A stretch of DNA of 64,000 bases from Yuukianura sp. NJ FZ-2021 (Eukaryota). Where the stretch lies: assembly GCA_046563655.1 (NCBI GenBank), contig CM102290.1:1798001-1862000 (forward strand), written 5' to 3'. The notes under the pieces were generated by a model, which saw only the letters and a program-made list of their open reading frames with translations, was not told the DNA's origin and did not search any database. The translations under genes and the position numbers were made by a program. Below are positions 24,791 through 37,647 of this stretch, piece after piece (position 1 is the stretch's first letter; every line of letters starts with the position of its first letter).

Positions 24791-27700
24791 CAAAGTTTTA
24801 GCTACCAAACTCTAAACTCCGTTTTACTGTGTGTGTACTCTGTATACACACCAGTGTATAAAAACTTCCAAAACTCAAAGAATGATCGTAAACTTCAACC
24901 GAACAAAAGTCATGCTAGAACTCTGCCATTGGACCAACTTTGCAAAATTATGTTAGCCCTGGAAACAAATGTGCCAAAAGTAGTTTAAAAAATACACGCC
25001 TTGGGACCCAATTCAAAGAAACCTGTAATTTTAGTCCCTAAAAAGGCCGGGGTCTTGACAAGAGACACTTCCGGTGGAGTTGTTAAATGTGACAGGAACG
25101 GCGGTGCTTGCTGCTAAGTTGTGAACTACTGGAAGTAAAAAGGACTTGCCTAGTTTGACACGTCATTTCAGTTGTTGCATATTGACAAATTAGGACTGTT
25201 AGAAGACGTAGGTTCTGGAAAGCCTCAAATTTAGTATTATAGCGTGCAGGAATTGTGTGCTAAAAACCCTAAAAACTCGGTTCCAACTAAATTGCAAAAG
25301 TTATTTGGGGTTTTTGAAGAAACTAGAACTAACTTTTAGAGAATCGTGCTACTTTTGTGATTAATGAAAAGCCACCTTTTGCCGTACATTCAATGGTTTC
25401 TGAGATACATGCGCTGCCCAGACAGACGGACAGACAGACAAGAATAAGATTATAAAGTTAAAGTTAAAAACGGTTTCTCCAGATTATCAACCATGAATTA
25501 AAAATAATCCTAATGAATTTACCCTCAGAATTTGACTAAAATCGAAAACTAACTAAAACTTAAGATTAGTTTTTAGCCCTCAATATTACCAAAACAAGAC
25601 AACACAAAGTAGATTGGGCTGTTTATATCGTGAAATGTTTACTTTACCCGCTGCCGCAAGTAGTGCAAAGGATACCGACTGCGGGATTAACTTTTGACTT
25701 GGTTTTTAATCAAAACAGCCTTCAAAAAAGTTCCAATATTGCCAAAAATTTATTAGCACAAAGCTTACCTTTGAAGTGGTTTCCTATTTCCAATTAAAAC
25801 TAATATTTCCCTGTTGTTTTTACTGTAAAAGGGGTGGCATTTTTAGTTTTGTTGACTCAAATTGGAAACAAGAACAAAATAGAGTTGGTGGAAAGGTGGT
25901 TCCCTTTTAACTAATGTACTTAACAATTACTATTTCAAAAAATACAATAACAAAACAAAAAACAGCGTCAATTGCGTATTACGTAACAAACACATGTACA
26001 AGTATTACTACGTACGTAAAACACGTTACCTGTAATGACCTGTGACGGCGGGTAACGACCGTGACCCTTTACCTTTAGAATGAACTTGAAACCAAAACAA
26101 TTTCCGGGTTATGAGCCAGAATTTAGAGTACTTTGAGACTATTACCATGCACGAGAACAACGGTAAAAATTGAAAACGGTTAATTGATGTAGATTGGACA
26201 CCGTGTTCCCACTGTGATACAGAAATGACAACTTCATCAACAAGAGGACCGATTGACACGACTGACATAATGTGACACACTTGTTCTCGTTATCTTGTTG
26301 GTCTCCTTGGTTTCATCATCTCGAGAGTAGAAACATGACATGGGAACAGTTTAATAAGGATGTGTCTCATCAGGAGACAAGACAAAATTAAAACAATGAT
26401 CCCAACCAAACCAACACTTTATCAATGTAACCCAGACACCGCCAGTACTTGTCACATTCAGACAAGCAATGGACCAAATACAAGAATTGCCCAAATCTTG
26501 GAACAGGCAGCTCCACAACGTTAATCAGGAAATGAATCAATACAAACCGGAAGTAAACAAGAGAATCAAATTCATGACAGCTCTATGCCCTCCTACGTAA
26601 TACCGAATCACAATGTAAAAACGAAATCAGTCATCCGTTACCTGAGTACTAAAGATGAGACGATGGTGACGGAAGTAACTGTCCACTTAAGTATCAAGTT
26701 ACGTCGGATTATGACCACGATGACGATGATTCCGTTAGAACACAGTTTAACTTGTATTGCACAACACAACAGATTTGATCCCTTTGAGTAGACTACAAAT
26801 GTGTAGGCGTATAAAGTTTACAGAGATGAGGAGAGTTGTTTAGTAATCAGTTGTGAAGTAAGTTAACAACGTTGAGTTGTTGATTACTGTGATTGATTTA
26901 TGGACAGTTGAAGGAGATCGTAAGAACTAAAACACTGCGAGGGTGGGTGGAGGAGAGTAAAAAAGATAGACAGAGATGAGTAGGAAGGAAAGGAATTCCA
27001 CAATAAATTTCATCTTCCACACACATCTCTCCGTAGAGGAACAAACTGAGGAATTCATTCATTCCAAATAACACACCCGCTTATAGGCGACAACTGATTT
27101 TAATCATACACTGATTTTAATCAGGTAGCTACAAACTAATTAACAACTGCCCATTTACATGCTTACATAAACATACATACTTTTACATGCCAAAATAGCC
27201 TAATCAGATTTGTTAATCAGAATAAAATCACTTCAAGCGGAACTGGACGTTTTTTTCAGATTTGTAAATAAAAGGAAAATTACTTCAGAACGACTTGTAG
27301 ACGATTTTTTTAAAGATTTTTTCTATATGATTTTTTCACATTTTTTTGAACTTCATACTCGATTTATTTTTAGACAAAGGTTAGTGCTCGTTGAAACTGA
27401 TTAATGAAATGGCAATTAGCTAAAGTCCATAAGAGGATAAGACTGTTAATTATTAGTACTCGATTTTAATTACAATTGAAGTGAGAAATTTATACTTTTC
27501 GGGGTACTTGGATAAGCAGATCTCTGAAGTCCCTGAGAACAGGACTACGCATCTCTGAAGATGAAGAAAATGGAAAGGATTGCACAATATGGGTACTTCC
27601 TTATAAAGGGGTAAATGCTCAAGGTGGAATGTCACGATTCAAAGGTATGCCTAAATATTCCAATAATCAATTGTTATTGCTTTGGTATGAAAAATGATTT

Positions 27701-28017
27701 GCCATTTAAAGTTAGATGTACTAGTATGAGATAAAATGGTTTAAACAATAGTGACGAGTTATTGTTAAAACAAATACTTACTCTGTCGATTGTTGCTGTT
27801 GGGGCAGAGTGAGACAATCCATGAAGGGCGGGATTGCATTCAAACATATTTTTTTTAGTTTCGTTTCGCGGGAAAAAAAATTGGCACGAGCTACCTAATA
27901 TCAGCTGTGACTGTGTTCTGTCTCTGTCTGTCTGTGTACGTTTTTGTTTCTCTCTTCTTATTCAATTAATTAGCTTAGTAATTAATAATTGTGTTTTCAG
28001 CCAGTATTATAGCCAAG

Positions 28018-29968
28018 ATGGCCGCCAACGTATCGAATGGACATGGAGGAGAACGTAATACGCCAGGAGTAGCTTTCAATGATCTCTTACTGGACAGTGC
28101 AATGGTAATTTTAGAATAGCGGGAGCGGGACCCTTTTAGCAATTAATAGCATAAGGAATTAGTTTTACTAAAGAGTTGAGTAATTTTGTCAATTAATGCT
28201 TACATCAATACCGGACATCGGTTATATGTATTAATTCAATATGTAATAATATTATATGTATTATTTCAGATCAAACGTTCAACAGGGAATGTGCCACCGA
28301 TAAGTTCTCTAAAGGATCTCGACACATTGGACCCCATGATAGCCCAGAATGTTTCTAACGTAATCTCCGACTTGACTCCTGTTCAGCGCAACACAATGCC
28401 CGCACTCATGAGAGGCATCAACGTCCTTGGTTGTTCTTATACTGGGTCGGGGAAAACGGTACGAAAAAAGAATTGATTGCCCAATTATTGAAGTTTGAAT
28501 TCTAGTCTAATTGGTTTTTATAGGCCGCATTCCTAGTTCCTGTGCTCAACAATATTTTGAAGATGAACGATGCTCACAAAAGTCCTGGCTTACCGGCTCA
28601 ACCGTTGGGTCTTGTCCTTGCTCCCACTCGAGAGCTGGCTATTCAAATTAGGGCGGAAGCCCAAACCTACTGTCGGCGAACACTTATTTCTAATTCTATT
28701 CATCTCGTTTGTGGTGGGAAGAACATGGAGATGGAGCGGACACGTCTTACTGTAACATCTACAACAAATTATTTTGAACCAAACTTTAGGAATTACTTAT
28801 TAGAATTTTTTATCACAGGTTTTACCTTGTGCCATCGTAGTTGCTACTGTTGGTCGATTGATGGATCTCATTGAGCAACAGCTCATTGACCTTGGAAATG
28901 TCAAGTATTTTGTGCTGGACGAAGCCGATGTCATGATGGTCAAAGGATTCTACTACGATGTGATTAACCTCTGGAAGAAGTGCAGCGTAAGTGCTACAAC
29001 AAACGAAAAAACATAATGCAAGTATGTTTGATTATAAATAGAAGTTTTTGGTTTCAGAAAGACTGTGTTTCAGCTATGTTCAGCGCTACTTATCCCAATG
29101 CCGTCAGAAAAGCAGCCGAAACGATTCTCGGGAGGGCTTTCATGGAAGTTCAAGTTGGTGAGGATGGTCCAACTGCTTCCAAAACAATAGTCCAGGAATT
29201 CCAGCTTGCTGAACGTTCTGAGAAGAACTACTTACTAAAAAATACACTGGGTGCTCGGTCTTCCAAAGACAAAGTTATTGTGTTCGGCTCCACTATTGAG
29301 GACGTTGATCGTATTCATCACTTTTTAATTGACGAAGGCTACACTGTTGGAATTCTACATGCTGGACTAGAATCTCAGCGACAGAGAGAATTTGCTCTGA
29401 ATGAGTTCAAACTCAACAACGTCTCTATCCTTGTGGCTACTTCTGTTGCTGCTCGTGGATTGGGTAAAAAATACTTCAAAAAGGCTAATTTCGCTCTACT
29501 TTACCTCAAAAGTAATTTTGTTCTGTTCTAGATATTCCCAACGTTGATTTGGTAATCAACTATGATTTACCGACGGATATCGAGGAATATATTTTGCGTA
29601 TTGGACGAACTGGTCGCGTTGGCAACAAAGGACAATCGTTGAGTTACTTTGAGATTGAGCGTGATGGACCACTAGCGGATTCGTTGATTTCGTCGCTCAA
29701 ACGAGCTGACCAAGCCGTTCCTGGATGGTTGAACGATGTTAAAACGAAATTTGAAGAAGATGTAACTCGTTTCAATGAAACTCATGACATTGGAGAGTTT
29801 ACCAATCGGAAACGAATTTTTGTAAGTCCCACTTCCGCCAAAAAATTTTCAGAATTCAGTATCCATACTTAAAATTACTGAAAATTTGCTACTTTTTAGA
29901 ACGCATACGGCAGCAGTATTGTTGGGATCCCGTGCACAAACGAAGTTCAAGATGATACTTGGGATTGA
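28018..29968 (+). CDS. Vasa/DDX4-like DEAD-box RNA helicase, divergent (6 exons)
   Basis: Exons at approximately 28018-28104, 28270-28458, 28523-28751, 28819-28986, 29058-29463, 29531-29821 and 29899-29968 (7 segments). Motifs: [61 protein letters not shown]. Acidic C-terminus QDDTWD*. Confidence 0.85.
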
Positions 29969-30287
29969 AGTTCCCCACAAAAGTGTGCCTACATAGAAAG
30001 TGTTCAAACAATCATGAATGTATTAATAGAGATATTTATAGAAATAGTGTTGACGTGGAGACATTTTTGAGGTACTTTTGACGTATAGATATTTTCAGAG
30101 ATACTTGTGAGGTGGAGATGCTTTTGCAGATGCTTGTGACCAGTATTCCGTAAAAAGCACTTTTCTAAAGTCGATGCTTTGCTTTTTGCTGTAAATATAG
30201 CTTCCTTTGTTGTTGTTTTAGCTCTTTTTTGCTTTAAAGGCAAAATCTCTACTGTGAGAGGAATGCTGGCCTCATTCCTTTAACCTA

Positions 30288-30381
30288 CCGTAAATTCCCT
30301 ATTAGCAGCGCGCTATTATAATTATTTTTCGAGCTCTGTGGCGCGCTCCTATTAGGAACTGCGATTTTAGGGAATTTACGG
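30288..30381. mobile_element. Tc2/pogo-like mini MITE (CCGTA ends, TA TSD)
   Basis: ta|ccgtaaattcccta ... tagggaatttacgg|ta, a perfect 14-bp TIR. Confidence 0.8.
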
Positions 30382-30543
30382 TATGTTACTGAATCTATGT
30401 AAATTTAACAAATTATACATCCAAACGAGATTATTTATTACACTATTGCATAATCAATTAATTGTTTAGTTTTATCTTAAAACCTCAAATTTGTCGTAAA
30501 AGGTTAGTTAATTGCTAACTTTTAAAACAGCAAGCATGAAAAC

Positions 30544-30905
30544 CAGTGTTCCGAAAAAAAGCGTTTTGTTAAAGTCGATGCTTTGCTTTTGGTTTAAATA
30601 GATTTTTTTTGCTGTTTTTGCTTTTTATGCTTTAAAAGTCAAAAGTTGCTGTAAATGCTGCTGCCAGGAATTCGGTCAAAATCTACTAACTTAGATATAA
30701 CGTATTACAGGTCAGCTCACTGTTGTCAAATACGGTAACTAAGGTTGGTTTATGATCGTTTTACCTTGAAAAAGGAAGGATTTGCCTTACAAAAGTTAAT
30801 TAATTGATCTTTCAAAAACAGCCAGCAAACGTGAAAATCGCTGCTCGCTTCTTTTGCTTTTAAAGCAAAAAAAAAGCATTTCCTTTAAAACACATCGGAA
30901 CACTG
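30544..30905. mobile_element. hAT-like MITE (CAGTGTTCCGA TIR); a truncated copy lies at ~30140-30250
   Basis: Perfect 11-bp TIR cagtgttccga/tcggaacactg. The left arm (aaagtcgatgctttgcttt) is duplicated at 30140-30250. No TSD seen. Confidence 0.7.
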
Positions 30906-33388
30906 CTTTTTTAACCGGATAATATACTGGCCACCTACGAAACTGGAGGTACTGGATAACAAAATAAATGGTACACCAAAATTTGTTCTTTTTATAGTTG
31001 ACGTTTTTACTACAAATTCTGAGATAATTTTAAAAGACAAAACAACAAATTATGACAATAATAATTTGGTACAAATTATTTTGAGAGCTAAAGAAAATTT
31101 CAGTAACATAATTTAATTTCAACTTTTACTAACCATGACCTTCTAAAACATTTGTGGCTAACTTTTTTTCAAATGCCGATTACTGTTAAAAGTTTTAACA
31201 ATTTCAATTTAACAACTCATGAGTTGCTTGTTGCGCAAATCCTCCCAAGTTTAGGCAGAGATGAGTAATTTATTTCTTGAATTGCATCTTGAGATCCGTA
31301 AAATAAAGTTGATGAAAATGACACGATTTTTTATACGTATTATTAATGAAGACAATTTGTGATGATAAGGTCGTTATTTACAAACACAATTAAGTTAAAA
31401 CTGTCAAAACTTACTTGGTTAAAAGTAAGTTAAAACATAGCATAACTGTGTATTATCATTTCACTAATTACTAAATACACACCTCTCGTTGAAAGTTTTA
31501 GTTTCTGCTCATGTGCATTCACGCGTTGCACACTAGTGACACTTTTTAACTCAGGTCAAAACATAAAAACAGAAAGTTAAAATTAAGTAAAACTGTTGAG
31601 TTAAATATTGTACACCAGAAAAAGGCCATAACCGAAATAACTACTACTGTTACTGCTTTCTCTCTTATTTTTTTGCCATCAAAAAACCTTGTCTTATTTC
31701 ACTTTTTTTTTTTTTGAAAAATACAACTGGAAGTTACTTGGGGCTCCCGATGACACATAGGATGTGAAAACCAAGATCAAACTTTTCCTAACTTTTTAAC
31801 TTTTAAAAATGGAGCTTTCAAAATTTTGAATTTTGACCTGAACCCATGATACCGTTATTAGAGATTTAGTTACAAAAAAGCAGGAAAAGGGAAGCTCTTA
31901 CGCGCTACAATTCAGCAAAAAAAAAAACGCAGACGTTAATGTGGATTCAGTTAGGTTTAGTAACCTAACTAAATCTTCAAATCTTCTCGTTCCGTACTAC
32001 TATCTGAGTACAGAATGCGAAAAGTTAGAGGAAAAGGTCAATGACCCTTAGATTCGGAGGTCATTTGCTATGTACAAGCAAAGAGCGAAGAAGAGCATCA
32101 AACGCACCTACAATGCATTACCATTTTCCTAAAAATCTGGTGTAGAAAAAGTCAATTTCAAAAGAATTAAAAAATTAAAGTTTCCACTGTGTTTTAAATT
32201 TCGAGAAAAAAAAACTTCTAAATGTTTACTTATTCAGAAACAAAATTCAAACCGCCATGTTTCAGTTTTTGACAAAAATTCCAAATTCTAGGACACGAGA
32301 GTCAAAATGTGGAAAACTTTTTTTTTGAAAGTTTGAAAAAACTAAATTCAAAATTTGTAGGTACGGAAATACGTAATGCAACTGTTTTAGTAGCGTTCAA
32401 CTCTAGTATTGCGCAAGCAGCTTACTATTTAAGGTTAGTTTTTACGAAAGTTAGGACATTTTTAAAAAAGATTTAATAACTTGTTGGGACTCGGACCTTG
32501 ACCTTTTGAAATTGCCGCAAAATTTTTGGAACTGAAGAGACCGTTGACCTTGACGACGACCACGACAAGGTGTGTCCAAGGAGCCCTTCATTTTTTTTAC
32601 AGTCTGGCAGTGACTTGCTCCATTCTTTTGGAAAACGCACTTAAAAGCACACCGATTCCTCATCTTTGCAGATTTGGAAACGATGGCTCAAGTGGTCCAA
32701 AAGACTTACCTTAAATCTTACCTAAGCCAACCTAGTTTCCGAAATTTTGGAAATTGTAAAAACCTAACTTTACAAGTTCCAACATCATTTCCTAGCCCTT
32801 ATTGTGTAACAGTAGTAGGTTAAGTTTAACAAGCTTAGTTTAAGTTACGCTTTCCATTGTTATTTCTATAATGTTGCGTTTAAGTTATTTCTTTTTCGTT
32901 TTGACCTCGATTGACCCCAAATCGGAGTTCAATTGTTTGCATTCCTAAATTGATTTGCCCTCAAAAAGTGGAAAGTGTAAACCAAGGTCTAAATTCAACC
33001 ACAACCCTATAAAAAATCTCTAACTAATTACTAATTAAAGATAAATAGGCGCTAAAAGGCGTGAAAACATGACTTGTATGGAAAATTTTCAACTTTGATT
33101 CAACTAACCTTTGACCTCTAGCGAAGAAATTTCAAATCTGTATAAATCCGTACTAAAAATGAATGCAAAGGAGCTATATAAAAGCATAAATGCTTCAAAA
33201 AAACATACACCTCACGCCCTCCTAGTAAAAACAGTTTTGTAAAACAACACTCTCATCGTTCGTTTTCTCAAACCTAAGTTTCTAAAAAATGTTCGTGACT
33301 CGTCGTTATATGTATAAAAAGTAGTCGTCAAAATGGAACCTCTCCATGAAATACCTCACTAATAGTTAGTTTGTGATGGTTTAGTATT

Positions 33389-35127
33389 TTACCAGTACTG
33401 TTCTCTGAGGAAGGATGCCCAGTCTGGATCCAGTGGAACACAGTGACAGGCTGATTCGTTGGACTTTTGGTAGTTACAACGGTCGCAGATGGATTCCAGC
33501 TTGGTGGGACCAGTGATGGAGTCTTCTGGAAAAAGTGGCTTCATATCTTGCGTTCCTTCGCTACTCAATTCAGTGTCCATTTCCAGCGATTTGGGTGGTT
33601 TCCACTTCCGTTTTGCCTTTTCCTTGCGATCCGGTGGAAATAGACTTGGAAATAGAAGCTTTACTTTCTCGGGTGGAAGTTGACGAAATGGAATCACTTT
33701 CTCCTGGACAAATTTACTTTGAGGGATCCATTCGTCTGGAAGTCTGGAAGACACAAATTGTCACGTTTTGAAATTTGAAAATTATTTTACATCTGTGTTA
33801 CGTCTAGGTTAGAATACCGAATTTCAAAACTTACATGTATAATGGATACCAACGAACTAGTAAATGAGGCTCTTCGTGTGAACACATTCGCCTGGAAAGC
33901 ACCTGAATTCAATCCAATCTTAGTCAATAACATTAACAATAAGAGGAAACTTGAGGTCAAAGGTTAACTAAAGCACGTACCTGACATGTAAAAGTACAGT
34001 TGTGAGGATTCCGTTCTTCTACTTGGACAGATCTCGACAACCGATACTTGATTACTTCTATTGTACCCTTATCAAAGAAGTCCACAAATTGCCCTGTCCA
34101 AGGTTACTCAGTTTCAAATTCAGTTTCAAAATTCACAATTTGTAGTATTTTTGCAAGGTATTGTAAAGTTAACTGACCTGTATTTAGTTTTTGCTTCCTC
34201 GTTCTAACCTTCTTCCTCCGCAGTGTTTTGGTGGGACTTGAATCTAATTTTCTTGTCACTGGATGAGCACTAGTACCAATATGATTTCCAGTAGTGGTGA
34301 TATGACTATTAACGTGTCTCTCTAGTGCACCCTAAGTACAAACAGCATTCAGTAATGGACAATTCAAGGTCACCGGTGCAATGTTTTTCATATGTCCTAG
34401 TGTAACTTACTTGAGATCCGAAGGATATTCCACATCCAGAGAAAATGCATCTGAACGGTTTGTTTCCACTGTGCGTTAGGACATGTCGCTCAATCCAGGA
34501 CAACGATGACGACTTCTTATTGTACACTTTGCAGCCTTCCCAAAGGCAGAAGAATCCCTTTGTTTTGGTTTGCGGTGCCACATGAATTGTCTAAAAAGAA
34601 GAACGTCAATTAATATGCTGAGGAATTAGTTACTTCGGTGTAAACAATTTAGTAAATACCTGTATGTGATCCAGGATATTTGTAATGGACTCCCCAACAA
34701 TACAAGAACATTCTCTCCACATGCAAATCCCCTCCTCGGGCGGAATTGAGGTAGAATCGGCTTTCGTGACCTCTGACGACGACGAGTGACCTCCCTTGGC
34801 TACACTTTTGGCCAAAAGCCGCTCAGATTTTTTGACTGGAGTGGAAGTAGTGGAAGAAGTTGTGCTGCTTGCACTACTGGAGCTACTGCTACTACTGGTG
34901 ATGAGCGATGTGCTGTCAAGGGAACTTCCATCGTTACTGCAACTGTCTCCACAAGTACTTTCAATTGACGACGACTTGGAGGAGACGCCGCTGGAGGAGC
35001 TGGAGCAACTTCCATTGGACTTGACCGTAAGTGTGGAGACGACAGCAATGGACAGGTCAATTTCAATTGTAGTGGTGGTGGTGGTTGTTGTACCCATGGA
35101 CGTCTTGTTGGACAACAGTAGGACCAT
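33389..35127 (-). CDS. AEBP2: Zinc finger protein AEBP2/jing (PRC2 accessory subunit)
   Basis: Ser/Thr-rich N-terminus. Three GLI-like C2H2 fingers: CMWREC..DHIQ|TIH, CLWEGCKVYNKKSSSLSWIERHVLTH, KPFRCIFSGCGISFGSQ|GALERHVNSH. A KR-rich motif (KTLRRRRLERGSKN region) and C-terminal LPDEWIP..KVIPFRQLP follow. Confidence 0.88.
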
Positions 35128-35194
35128 AGCTTCCTTCCTCAGTCCTTCTTATTCTGTAAGTAGTAGCCAGCGATTCCTTGTGAGTTGGTAAATT

Positions 35195-35610
35195 CTAAAA
35201 GTACCCACGGAGGTGTACTATATAAAAATAGAGACACTGACGTCCTGAGCCATTGTGACCAGGACAGAGGGTCCTGCGAGTTCTAAGGGTAGGGGTCCCT
35301 TGGCTCTGCATATGGCTGCCACTGCAAGGGTCCACTCTATTGTCCTCTGCTGGGGCCAGGACAAGGAACACACTAACGAGGCCTTCCCTTCCCTCTTTCC
35401 CAGAAGCCGTTCAACCCATGCCCAGGCAGAATACCAAAAATCCATTCCTCCAGGAAAAGAACCAGACATAGGAACAAGGATAAGAACTGCGAATAGATGG
35501 AGTCAAATTGAGCTATGGGGGGATACACATGCCCAGACGGTCTAAAATCTGCAAAATGACGTGCCATGTCCATGTTGCTGAAACTTGTTGGGAGGCACTT
35601 GACTAATGAG
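35195..35610 (-). mobile_element. Possible degenerate LINE-like 3' fragment upstream of the AEBP2 first coding exon
   Basis: GC-rich island with broken frames. Its end motif (plus strand gtacccacggaggt) matches 23657-23670 at 13/14. Confidence 0.3.
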
Positions 35611-37647
35611 TTCGAAATGGGGACCAGTGTAAGAACTGAATATTTCACTTTTCACTAAAAAATAAGAAAAAGTAAAAAGAAAAAAACTGAAAAATACATG
35701 AAACGAAATTAACCTTTTCAACGTTAATTTATTTCACTGATAAGCTGAAATGTTTCAATTTCTTAAACTTCTTTTCAATTTGTTTCAGTGAAATAAAAAA
35801 AAACAAAGATGACATTTTCAGCTAATTTCACTTTCTTTCAATTTTCTCAATTTTTCAGTTTTTTTTTTCATTTCAGTTTGTTTCACTGAAACGGAAAAAA
35901 ACTACCCGACCCTCAAATATATACAACACTACTTGTAGCATGTCTATTTTGCATTGTTGCTGGATATTAACCTTTTTTTTTTTATTTCGTGCAGTGGATA
36001 TTGTATTTCATCTGGTTTTATCCCGATGAAATGGTTGGATAAAATGGATAGAAATTGATACTTCCGAATACCTCCACTTTTTGGCGTAGGTGGAAAAAAA
36101 TGTTTTTTTTTCTATCTGATAACACTGCTTTTACATTTTGAAACTTCTTGGGGCGACGTGAGATGATCTTGTAAAAATATGAATTCTGAATGGGGCATCA
36201 GGTATGTAATTCACTCACCGCCTACATTTATATTATGAAAATTGAGAAATATTTCTTTGAAATTTTCTTTAATCTGATTTTTTTTCGGTTCGTCTGTACT
36301 GACTTTCTTTCCAGAACATTTAGTAAAAGTTGAACGTATTTCCCCTCATATTGCGAGAAACATGTTGCAGACGGGAGGTTTCGGAATATCCTCTCTCTCT
36401 TTTTTTTTGTCTGACTGTCTACGTGCTGCACTTGAAAGTCAAAGCTCCCTTGGAAGTTGGATGGAATGGAAATGGAATGAATGAATGGAACAGAATAGAA
36501 CAAGGTTTTATGACACGAAAGCCCCGTGTACACAAAACTCAGACCTTCACTCTGTCTAAATCCTGTAAAAGTAACCGGACTCTTTGCAGCAAATCCATTT
36601 TCATGCTTACATCGCAAAATATTCGCTACTTTCAACCGGACAGCTTTTCGCCAAAATCCGGTAAAGAGGGTAATTCGGATGGTTGTACTTTCTAACCCTG
36701 CTAAAATTCATTAAAGTACCTCACGGCCTCCAAAAATCCACATTTCACACAGGACATTGCACACACACTGTCTGTAAACAAAAAAGTGTATACTTTTAGC
36801 CTTTTTCGCATTTCATTTAATAACTGGACAGCATTTTTCAGTTTAAAAAAACATTTTTGCTCACATCTATAATTCTGGAAATCCTTTTGGTAAAAACCAG
36901 TTCCTAGATTTGTTTTTCCGTTTTAGACAAAAAATTTATTTGACACTTATTGAAATATTTGTATTTGACCTCTGGGACACGAAACGCGATACAAGTTAAA
37001 CGCCTGCATGCATGAATGTGTATATAAAAGCATATGGAGGCTAAAAGTCTAAAAATGTGTAGTAATGACGAATACGGTGATAAGTGCAAAGCTTGAATTT
37101 TTAGTACCACTTTTGAAAGCACTCATAACTTGGGTTTATGCGGCAATAATTCAGTTTATGACCGATTAAATGGCGACATGCTCACTTACCCTAACAGTTA
37201 CCGGTACATGTTTGGTGTCACGCTTAATGCTGTCAAAATAGGTCAGACTCAACTTCCAGTAACACTAAAAGTCATTGACAACAAATGACCTTGGAGCTAT
37301 ATTTTGACCAAGGTCACCTTAACTACATAGCCTATGTTCTGTAACTGTAGCTTGTTTATTCTATGGGGGGAAACCTATTAAAAATGACCATGAAAGAGTA
37401 TAGAGTGCATGCACTCGAATAAATTTGACTTATGGTTTGATCAGTCTGGATTTAGATATCTTTCGTTATTCCACCCTCATCAATTTTTACACTTTTAACT
37501 ACAAACAATTTCAGAATAACTTTAATTAAAAGTTAATTTAAAGTTCGAGTTAGTTAAAAGTTAACAGTTAACTTTAACAGTATTAAACTCCGGAATATTA
37601 ACAATATTCAAATAACCTAGAACTGAATTTGCCTTGCAAGTAAAGTA

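Noticed and set aside
25340..25455. Helitron-like remnant with a (CAGA)n tract (similar tract at ~63820)
   Set aside because: Only the microsatellite-like motif is recognisable; no termini could be defined.
34796..35191. Leu/Val-rich ORF antisense to AEBP2
   Set aside because: It mirrors the Ser/Thr-rich sense codons.
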